A stretch of DNA of 23,448 nucleotides, from positions 1-23,448 of the forward strand of contig JBBQPO010000063.1 in NCBI GenBank assembly GCA_038217285.1, written 5' to 3'. This document shows, piece after piece, positions 16,855 through 23,448 of the stretch. Position 1 is the first letter of the stretch, and every line of letters starts with the position of its first letter. Below the pieces are notes generated by a model. The model saw only the letters and a program-made list of their open reading frames with translations, had not been told where the DNA came from and did no database searches. Position numbers and translations under genes: made by a program. This stretch comes from Chthonomonadales bacterium. GTDB taxonomy: Bacteria; Armatimonadota; Chthonomonadetes; Chthonomonadales; Chthonomonadaceae.

Positions 16855-17034
16855 CCTACCCCGGCCCTAAAGGAGCGGCCTATTGGGGAAGGGGAAGGCT
16901 GAAATGGAGAGCAAATCTCTCCACCAGCGATGACTGACACCCCATTTCCTTGCGCAATCGCCCTTGCTCACGTTCGACCCAGCCCCCTTTAGGGGGCTTA
17001 CCGCATCAGCCCGCTCCTTGAGGAGCGGGGGAGG
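16855..17034. repeat. REPIN/MITE-like palindromic element between convergent genes
   Basis: 27-bp inverted arms 16855-16881 and 17008-17034 (22/27 match); right arm self-palindromic (CCCGCTCCT-TG-AGGAGCGGG); inner hairpins AGCCCCCT-TT-AGGGGGCT (16981-16998) and TGGAGAG-CAAAT-CTCTCCA (16905-16923). Confidence 0.65.
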
Positions 17035-17035
17035 T

Positions 17036-17920
17036 CTATTTTACCAGTCCGGTGCGGCGCATGTACTGCAGGATCAGGTCTTCGAAGGGGAGGGCGGTCG
17101 AGGTGCGCAGATAGTCGATACCGTAGCGGTTGCAGAAGCTTTCCAGGTCACTACAGAAGCCGTCGAATGTCTGTTGGTAGCGGGAGAGCAGTTGCGGGTT
17201 GACGCTCATCTCCTTGGTCTCGCCCGTCTCGCTGTCGATGATCCGGAGATCGCCCAGCAGCGTCGGTTTGATCTCGTCTTCGGCGAGCGTGTGCAGCACC
17301 GCGACCTGATATCCCCGCGCCAGCAACGCCTTCAGACCCTCCTGCCAGTCCGGATCGAAGAAGTCGGAGAGTATGATCGCCAGGCCCTTGAAACGCACGG
17401 TGGCGGCGAAGCGGCGGAGCGAGGTCGAGAACGAGGTCGTGCCGCCCGCCTGGACCTTCTCCAGATAGGAGAAGAAAGGGAAGACGCCGCCTCTGCCGCG
17501 CTGCGTCGGCATGGGACGGCCTAGAGTGGCGGCGTAGGTCTGGACACTGACGCGGTCGTAGTTGGTCAGGCTGATATACCCCAGCGCCGCCGCGACCCGG
17601 ATCGCGTAGTGCAGTTTCTTCGGGTCGCCGAAATCCATGCTCTGACTGGTGTCTATCAGCAGCGCCAGATAGAGATCCTCCTCCTCGACGAACAGCTTGA
17701 GGAACATCTTATCGAGACGGGCGGCCGTGTTCCAGTCGACATAGCGCAGGTCGTCGCCAAGAGTGTACTCCCGATAGTCGGCGAACTCGATACTCGTGCC
17801 GCGTTTGAGCGAGCGTTTCTCGCCTTTCATCTGCCCGGCGAAGGGACGGCGTGTCGCGAGGGAAAGCCGTTCCAGTTTTTTAAGAAACGTGGCGTCGAGT
17901 ATCGAGCCTGGGGGTGGCAT
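17036..17920 (-). CDS. DUF58 / VWA-like protein (MoxR-associated type)
   Basis: GTSIEFADYREYTLGDDLRYVDWN, LLIDTSQSM (MIDAS-like), IILSDFF. Confidence 0.93.
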   Translation of the reverse strand: MPPPGSILDATFLKKLERLSLATRRPFAGQMKGEKRSLKRGTSIEFADYREYTLGDDLRYVDWNTAARLDKMFLKLFVEEEDLYLALLIDTSQSMDFGDPKKLHYAIRVAAALGYISLTNYDRVSVQTYAATLGRPMPTQRGRGGVFPFFSYLEKVQAGGTTSFSTSLRRFAATVRFKGLAIILSDFFDPDWQEGLKALLARGYQVAVLHTLAEDEIKPTLLGDLRIIDSETGETKEMSVNPQLLSRYQQTFDGFCSDLESFCNRYGIDYLRTSTALPFEDLILQYMRRTGLVK

Positions 17921-17925
17921 GGGAT

Positions 17926-18567
17926 TCAGTTACCTCCGAGAAAGCCTTTGAGATGACGTGCGGGCGGTGCCTCTGATTTCCCGTTCTTGGGAGCGGGTTT
18001 CGGTTTCGGCGCTTCCTCTTTGAGGAGCCGCTTTAGCAGGGCCTCGAAGCGATCCGGGTTGATCCGTGTGCGCAGCACCTGACGCACCTGCCCATCACGC
18101 CCGAGGACATAGGTGCGGGGCAGGTCGCCCGTCCAGGCGGTATCGACCGCGTTCAGGAAAGCGATTGGCTCGATGTCGGCCTTGAGAAAGGTCGGGAATT
18201 TCGTTTTGTAGTACTGGATAAAAGGGATCACGTGTGTATCGCGCTCCGCCACGGGATCGGTCGCCACGGAGACGACTTCCAGGCCTTGCGCATGATAGCG
18301 ATCATAGAGATAGATAAACGCCGGATACTGCGTCACGCTCGGGCCATTCCAGGAGGCCCAGAAGTTGACCAGCACGACTTTGCCCTGCACGGCCTTGACC
18401 GCTTTCTCCATACGGGCGACGTCCGCCACTTCCGCCAGCGGCACGGCGTTCGGCCTGGAACTCTCCTGCGCCTGCACCGGCAATCCGGCTCCTAGCAGAC
18501 CACCGACCACCCACGCCAACACCATCGCTGGAACACTCCAGACATGTCTCTTATTAGACAAATTCAC
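17926..18567 (-). CDS. Exported TlpA/ResA-like thioredoxin-fold protein lacking CxxC
   Basis: Signal peptide ending VQA-Q; GKVVLVNFWASWNGPS, GLEVVSVATD, LPRTYVLGRDG; no Cys in the protein. Confidence 0.85.
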   Translation of the reverse strand: MNLSNKRHVWSVPAMVLAWVVGGLLGAGLPVQAQESSRPNAVPLAEVADVARMEKAVKAVQGKVVLVNFWASWNGPSVTQYPAFIYLYDRYHAQGLEVVSVATDPVAERDTHVIPFIQYYKTKFPTFLKADIEPIAFLNAVDTAWTGDLPRTYVLGRDGQVRQVLRTRINPDRFEALLKRLLKEEAPKPKPAPKNGKSEAPPARHLKGFLGGN

Positions 18568-18716
18568 GATACTTTCCTGTGCCTCCCATGGTTTAGATTA
18601 CCGCAGCGGGGCTGTCCCGGTTTCATCGACAGCGCCCTGATCTACCAAAGTTTGAGGAGTCCCGCCCAGAAAAGTTTCCTCTCTCTCCCGGAAAACGGCA
18701 TCTGCTGGGGCAGGCA

Positions 18717-18725
18717 TGGTATAAT
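18717..18725 (+). promoter_or_regulatory. Extended -10 promoter upstream of der
   Basis: Perfect TG-N-TATAAT (TGGTATAAT) in an otherwise GC-rich sequence. Confidence 0.6.
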
Positions 18726-18948
18726 GCTCTCGAAAACCAATCGATAATGAACGACCCTTACCGAGCAAACTCGATGAAAATGCTGATTTCCATGTAACTT
18801 CGAACCTGAAAAATCCACCGTGAATCAGACACAGAAATCATTAAACCTGACCGCGCAGCCGGTGTGCCGCGCCCGTTTTGCCCCGTTCCCGCCCCCGCGC
18901 TCTCGCTAGCGCCACTGTGTGACGGGGCCTGAGAATGGAGTCCCTGTC

Positions 18949-20319
18949 ATGTCCCGTCCCCTTGTCGCCGTCGTTGGAAGACCCAACGTCGGCAAATCAA
19001 CCCTTTTCAACCGTCTTATCGGCCATCGCGTCGCCATCGTCGAGGATACGCCCGGCATCACCCGCGACCGGCTCTATCATACCGTCGAATGGCGCGGCAT
19101 CGAGTTCACCGTCATCGATACAGGCGGGATCGTGCTGAACGAAACCGACCCGCTCACCAAGCAGGTGCGCACACAGGCCGAGATCGCCATGGCGGAGGCC
19201 GATGTCATTCTGTTCGTGGTGGACGCCGCCGACGGCATGACCAGCACGGACCGCGAGATCGCCGATGTCCTCCGCGCCTCGCCGCAGCCCCTGCTCGTCG
19301 TCGTCAACAAGACCGACAACCCGCGTCTGCAGATGGACGCCGCCGAGTTCTACGGCCTGGGTCTGGGCGAGATCCACACCGTTTCGGCGGTCCACGGCAG
19401 CGGCGTCGGTGATCTGCTCGACTCGGTCGTGACTCTCTTCCCCACGCAGGAGAAGCCTTCGGAAGACGACCAGGACGCGATTCGCCTCGCCATCATCGGG
19501 CGGCCCAACGTTGGGAAGTCTTCTCTGCTCAACTCGGTGCTGGGCGAGGAGCGCGTCATCGTCAGCCCCCTCCCCGGCACCACGCGCGATACCATCGACA
19601 CCGATTTCGAGTGGGAAGGCCAGAAGCTCGTCCTCATCGACACGGCGGGCATCCGACGCAGCGGCAAGATTCAGGGCACCATCGAATACTATATGGTGCT
19701 GCGAGCCGAGACGGCCCTGGCGCGCAGCAACGTCGGTATGCTGGTCATCGATGGATCGACCGGCGTGATGGACGGCGACAAGCGGGTAGCAGGCATGGCG
19801 CAGGACGCGGGCCGCGCCTGTATCATCGTCGTCAATAAATGGGATCTGGTCGATCCCGGGGTGGTCTATCAAAAGGGCAAGCAGCGCCGCCCGGACCGCG
19901 CGAAGATCGAGAAGTTCACCGAAGCCTTCCGCAAAGAGTGTCCGTTCCTGGAGTACGCGCCACTGGTCTTCGTCTCCGCGCTGGAGCGTTTCGGGGTCCG
20001 ACACGCCATCGAGACCTCTATTACCGCCGCCCAAAACCATGCGTTCCGCATCCCGACCGGCGAGCTGAACCGCCTCATCCGCGACGCCATCGAGCGCCGC
20101 CCCTATATCGAGCATGGCCGCCAGCTCAAGGTCTACTACGCCACCATGCCCCGCGTACAGCCGCCCAGCATCCTGCTCTTCGTCAACGACGAGAACCTGA
20201 TGCACTTCTCTTACAAGCGCTACCTGGAGAACCAGATCCGCCTCACCTACAAGCTGGAAGGCACACCGATCCGTCTGGAAATCCGTAAAGTAGAGAACAA
20301 AAAAGAAGAGAAAGACTGA
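18949..20319 (+). CDS. der: Ribosome biogenesis GTPase Der (EngA)
   Basis: ATG 18949 after GGAG; two GTPase domains (GRPNVGKS twice, DTGG/DTAG, NKTD/NKWD) and KH-like C-terminus (SYKRYLENQIR..GTPI). Confidence 0.98.
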   Translation: MSRPLVAVVGRPNVGKSTLFNRLIGHRVAIVEDTPGITRDRLYHTVEWRGIEFTVIDTGGIVLNETDPLTKQVRTQAEIAMAEADVILFVVDAADGMTSTDREIADVLRASPQPLLVVVNKTDNPRLQMDAAEFYGLGLGEIHTVSAVHGSGVGDLLDSVVTLFPTQEKPSEDDQDAIRLAIIGRPNVGKSSLLNSVLGEERVIVSPLPGTTRDTIDTDFEWEGQKLVLIDTAGIRRSGKIQGTIEYYMVLRAETALARSNVGMLVIDGSTGVMDGDKRVAGMAQDAGRACIIVVNKWDLVDPGVVYQKGKQRRPDRAKIEKFTEAFRKECPFLEYAPLVFVSALERFGVRHAIETSITAAQNHAFRIPTGELNRLIRDAIERRPYIEHGRQLKVYYATMPRVQPPSILLFVNDENLMHFSYKRYLENQIRLTYKLEGTPIRLEIRKVENKKEEKD

Positions 20320-20360
20320 TTGCGACCCTGCCCCTTGTCCGAAGGACAATCCGCCGCAGG

Positions 20361-20396
20361 CGCGTAGCGAGGGGTGCTAACCCCTTGACCTATGCG
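20361..20396 (+). repeat. GTAG-type REP-like hairpin between der and radA
   Basis: CGCGTAG-CGAGGGGT-GCTA-ACCCCTTG-AC-CTATGCG; related to the unit at 14828. Confidence 0.5.
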
Positions 20397-20411
20397 AGGA
20401 AGGAGTTTCCC

Positions 20412-21896
20412 TTGGCACGACTCCAGACCCGTTACCTTTGCCAGAGCTGCGGCTATGAATCACCGAAGTGGATGGGAAAATGCCCGGAGTGCGAATCCTG
20501 GGACTCGTTCGTCGAAGAGGTAACGGTCAAGGAGAAGGCGAACACGCTCGGAAAGCCGTCGGGCGGATTCGGCGCGAGCGACATGGGTGCGCGCGGTATC
20601 GTCCCGAGCGGTGCGGGGATGCCGATTCCGATCACGCAGGTCGAGACGACCGCGCTGGAGCGCCTCTCCACGGGGATCGGCGAGTTCGACCGGGTGCTGG
20701 GCGGTGGGCTGGTTCCGGGCGGGCTGATCCTGGTGGGCGGCGATCCTGGTATCGGCAAATCGACACTTCTGACGCAGGTCGCGGCACGAGTCGCGGCGCC
20801 GCAGGCCGCCAAACCGGCGGGCCGCAAGAAGACAGCCGAGGTCGAAGAGACCGACGCGGAGGAGGGCAAAACCGTCCTCTATATCTCCGGCGAGGAGAGC
20901 GCGCAGCAGATCAAGCTCCGCAGCGCCCGCTTGAACGCCGAGACGCCCCGCTTCCTTATCAGCGTCGAGACGGAGATCAGCCTGATTCTGCGCCACCTGG
21001 ACGCGACGCGTCCAGCCCTCGCCGTCATCGACAGTATCCAGACCATGTCGGACTCCGGCCTCGAGTCCGCGCCGGGCTCAGTGAGTCAGGTTCGCGCCTG
21101 TGCCACGCACCTGGCCCGCTTCGCCAAGACGGTCGGCGTCCCCATCGTGCTCATTGGCCACGTTACCAAAGAGGGCAGCCTTGCCGGGCCCCGCGTACTG
21201 GAGCATATCGTCGATACCGTGCTCTACTTCGAGGGCGACCGGCATCACGCCTATCGTCTGCTCCGCGCCGCCAAAAACCGCTTCGGATCGACCGACGAGC
21301 TGGGTATCTTCGAGATGCACGAGACGGGTCTCGAAGGCGTAGACAACCCCTCCGCCGTGCTGCTGGCCGAGCGTGAGGCGGGCGGCAACGGCTCGGCGGT
21401 CGCTTCCACCCTCGAAGGCTCGCGAGCGCTATTGGTCGAGGTACAGGCGCTGGTATCGCGCTCCAATCTGCCGAGCCCGCGCCGCACCGTGACAGGGATG
21501 GACCCGAACCGTGTCAGCATGATCCTGGCGGTACTGGAGAAGCGCGTCGGACTGAAGCTGGCGGAGCAGGACGTCTTCGTCAATGTGGCGGGCGGCATCC
21601 GCATCATGGAGCCTGCCGCCGACCTCGCGACCGCCGTCGCCATCGCCTCCAACTTCCGTGAGCAGCCCGTCCATCCCACTACCGTTCTCCTCGGGGAGAT
21701 CGGACTGGCAGGCGAAGTCCGCGCCGTCGCGCAGGTCGAAAAGCGGTTGAGGGAAGCGGCGCGCCAGGGATTTACCCGCGCCGTTGTCTCCAAACACAAC
21801 GTCCACAAACTGCCCAAAATCCCCGGCCTCGAAGTCGTCGCCGTCGTCGCCGTCCCCGATGCCCTCCGCGCCGCCCTCCTCCCTCCCGCGTCTTGA
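20412..21896 (+). CDS. radA: DNA repair protein RadA (Sms)
   Basis: TTG 20412 after GGAAGGAG; C4 zinc finger CQSC..CPEC, Walker A GDPGIGKS, IDSIQT, KNRFG, Lon-like C-terminus GEIGLAGEVR. Confidence 0.98.
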   Translation: MARLQTRYLCQSCGYESPKWMGKCPECESWDSFVEEVTVKEKANTLGKPSGGFGASDMGARGIVPSGAGMPIPITQVETTALERLSTGIGEFDRVLGGGLVPGGLILVGGDPGIGKSTLLTQVAARVAAPQAAKPAGRKKTAEVEETDAEEGKTVLYISGEESAQQIKLRSARLNAETPRFLISVETEISLILRHLDATRPALAVIDSIQTMSDSGLESAPGSVSQVRACATHLARFAKTVGVPIVLIGHVTKEGSLAGPRVLEHIVDTVLYFEGDRHHAYRLLRAAKNRFGSTDELGIFEMHETGLEGVDNPSAVLLAEREAGGNGSAVASTLEGSRALLVEVQALVSRSNLPSPRRTVTGMDPNRVSMILAVLEKRVGLKLAEQDVFVNVAGGIRIMEPAADLATAVAIASNFREQPVHPTTVLLGEIGLAGEVRAVAQVEKRLREAARQGFTRAVVSKHNVHKLPKIPGLEVVAVVAVPDALRAALLPPAS

Positions 21897-22100
21897 ACGC
21901 AATACAACGATCTACAATAACCGAAGCCCTACCGAACGGACGATAAAAGGGGTAGAATTTCAGTAGAAACTATTGTAACTATCGAGTCCGGAATAACACG
22001 CGTTGTCCAGCAGCGAAATTTCGGTAGGAGGAGACTGCTTCCATGAACGATACTAGCCTTCAAGAGCAATTGAAGATATGTTAAGAAAGGAGGAATAACG

Positions 22101-22367
22101 ATGCCTTATTCCGGTTATTCTACAGAAGAAGTCGGTCAGCGAGGCCAGGAGATCTATGAGCGCGTTCTGCGCACACAGGTAGAATCACAGCATTGGGGCG
22201 AGTTCCTGGTCATCGACATTCTCTCCGAAGTATACGAGATTGACAGGAGCGACCTTGCAGCCACAGACCGTCTCCTTGCTCGACAACCCGGTGCTATAGT
22301 CTATGGTCTGCGCATCGGCTATCCGGCAGCCTATCGTCTTGGCAGCAAAACGGTAACGATTCAATGA
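22101..22367 (+). CDS. Small hypothetical protein (DUF5678-like), partner of the downstream aspartyl protease
   Basis: RBS AAGGAGG; RGQEIYER..VE...G..LVIDI.S..YEID...LLARQP...RIG; ATGA overlap with the next gene. Confidence 0.75.
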   Translation: MPYSGYSTEEVGQRGQEIYERVLRTQVESQHWGEFLVIDILSEVYEIDRSDLAATDRLLARQPGAIVYGLRIGYPAAYRLGSKTVTIQ

Positions 22368-22735
22368 TACGGGGAACCGTTACGACGGATCGTGAAGCAG
22401 TGATACGACTCCAGATCCTGGATGCAGGAGGCAAAGCGACGGATATAGATGCCGTAATCGACACTGGCTTCAACGGATACATGACCTTGCCGTTGGCAAT
22501 AATTCGTCACCAGGGCCTTGCTCTACATGGAACACGCGCCGTGATACTTGGCGATGGAACAACAGCGATTCTGGATATTTACAAGGCGACGTTGCTCTGG
22601 ATGGGGCAGCCTCACAGTATACAGGCGCTCGCAGCAGAAGGAGGCGCGTTAGTCGGGATGGCCTTGCTATATGGCTGCGATGTTTCTCTGCGCGTACTGG
22701 ACGAGGGCCCAGTGACAATCACCCGAATTCCATAG
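22364..22735 (+). CDS. Clan AA (retropepsin-like) single-domain aspartyl protease
   Basis: DAVIDTGFNGYMTLP catalytic DTG, flap VILGDG, ALVGMALL; 123 aa. Confidence 0.9.
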   Translation: MIRGTVTTDREAVIRLQILDAGGKATDIDAVIDTGFNGYMTLPLAIIRHQGLALHGTRAVILGDGTTAILDIYKATLLWMGQPHSIQALAAEGGALVGMALLYGCDVSLRVLDEGPVTITRIP

Positions 22736-22762
22736 GCCCAACGTATACAGAGGAGACTCTGA

Positions 22763-22882
22763 AATGGGACAGAGGACGGGATCGGATATGCCTTGAACGA
22801 GGCGGGCATACCAAACGAAGATATTGTTCCAGGATTCCATCCGGAGAAGCTTCGCCCCTTCACCGGCTATGCTGTCGCCTGA
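22763..22882 (+). pseudogene. C-terminal remnant of an XisI-family protein
   Basis: Hand translation NGTEDGIGYALNEAGIPNEDIVPGFHPEKLRPFTGYAVA* matches the XisI C-terminal pattern; preceded by in-frame TGA, no start codon. Confidence 0.75.
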
Positions 22883-22948
22883 ACCGCCGAACCTAACATC
22901 GAAAGGTTTACAATACGTGCTCGTCCTATACGCTGTAAGGAAACCGTC

Positions 22949-22977
22949 TTGACCTGCCGGACATTATGGTCTACAAT
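22949..22977 (+). promoter_or_regulatory. Sigma70-type promoter
   Basis: TTGACC-N17-TACAAT, followed by RBS AGGAGGAG and GTG 23010. Confidence 0.75.
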
Positions 22978-23009
22978 AGGTTAGGTTAGGATGCAGGAGG
23001 AGTCGGAGA

Positions 23010-23294
23010 GTGAGCGAGAGACGACGGATGTCCTGTCTGAAATGTCCGCGCTACGATGGCGAGGCGCGGCACTGCCGGGAGGGCAAGGCCAACCCCCGCA
23101 GTAAGGCCGATACCGTCGCGGTCGCTGAAATGCTCGGTTTGCAGACTCTCTGCCACTACAACCCGTTTCGAGATGCGCTTGCTTTGCAGATGTACTTTCC
23201 GAACGCGGACATCACGCGCTGTACCACCGTCCGCCCTCGCCGCTCGCGACGCGGAGGCAAAATCACCGTGGAGATCGAGGAGACGACTGAATGA
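23010..23294 (+). CDS. Small Cys-containing hypothetical protein (putative Zn or Fe-S binding)
   Basis: Strong promoter and RBS; CLKC-x8-C...LCHYN...C; Arg-rich then acidic tail. Confidence 0.72.
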   Translation: MSERRRMSCLKCPRYDGEARHCREGKANPRSKADTVAVAEMLGLQTLCHYNPFRDALALQMYFPNADITRCTTVRPRRSRRGGKITVEIEETTE

Positions 23295-23448
23295 GTGTGC
23301 TGCGCCGAACGCAGGAGCCTGCCTCCTTCTCCTGCCCTTTTGCCCTGCGGATCCTCCTGCTGCTCATCTTCGGGTTGTTGCTGCTCCCCCCGACCGTCGC
23401 CGCACACGCCGAAGACTTCGTGAAGGGCAAGCCGCAGGCGATTCTCAC
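23291..23448 (+). CDS. Secreted protein, 3'-partial
   Basis: ATG overlaps the previous TGA; MSVLRRTQ...LRILLLLIFGLLLLPPTVAAHA-EDFVKGKPQAIL is a typical signal peptide; open to the window end. Confidence 0.65.
   Translation, partial: MSVLRRTQEPASFSCPFALRILLLLIFGLLLLPPTVAAHAEDFVKGKPQAIL

Noticed and set aside
17426-17435. 10-nt match (CTCGTTCTCG, minus strand) to positions 2-11 of the putative omegaRNA guide, inside DUF58
   Set aside because: Short, mismatched at the first seed base, TAM unknown; compatible with chance
18337-18348. Selenocysteine recoding at the TlpA active site
   Set aside because: Codons are AAT and AGC, not TGA
2380-21907. Long antisense or alternate-frame ORFs such as 2380..3504, 9544..10272, 12784..14214, 18997..20349 and 20468..21376
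   Set aside because: They overlap well-supported genes, lack recognisable motifs and are expected in GC-rich DNA
22977-22990. TAGG-TTAGG-TTAGG micro-repeat
   Set aside because: Under three full units at a transcription start region; no supportable function

Overview
GC-rich bacterial chromosomal window; the gene families suggest Armatimonadota (Chthonomonas-like), which is an inference. From left to right: a partial DUF6785-type polytopic membrane protein gene (-). Next is a co-oriented accessory cluster (-) encoding a secreted Met/Cys-rich putative metal-binding protein, an ECF sigma factor, a transmembrane anti-sigma factor, a TolC-family protein, an RND permease and an unusually long periplasmic adaptor. 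A lower-GC decayed patch follows, with a second ECF sigma, a membrane-protein fragment, an internally deleted IS200/IS605 tnpB element that keeps its right end/omegaRNA region, and a broken antitoxin/PIN pair. The rest is GH116 (-), a membrane/coiled-coil protein and DUF6062 (+), DUF58 and a cysteine-free TlpA-fold protein (-), der and radA (+), a small-protein/aspartyl-protease pair with a XisI remnant, and two more + genes, the last partial. Several REP-like hairpins lie between genes. No rRNA, tRNA or CRISPR array was seen. The best candidate for an undescribed system is the ECF-linked RND efflux cluster with its two-domain, 12-Cys/20-Met secreted protein. All family calls are from motif recognition, not database searches.
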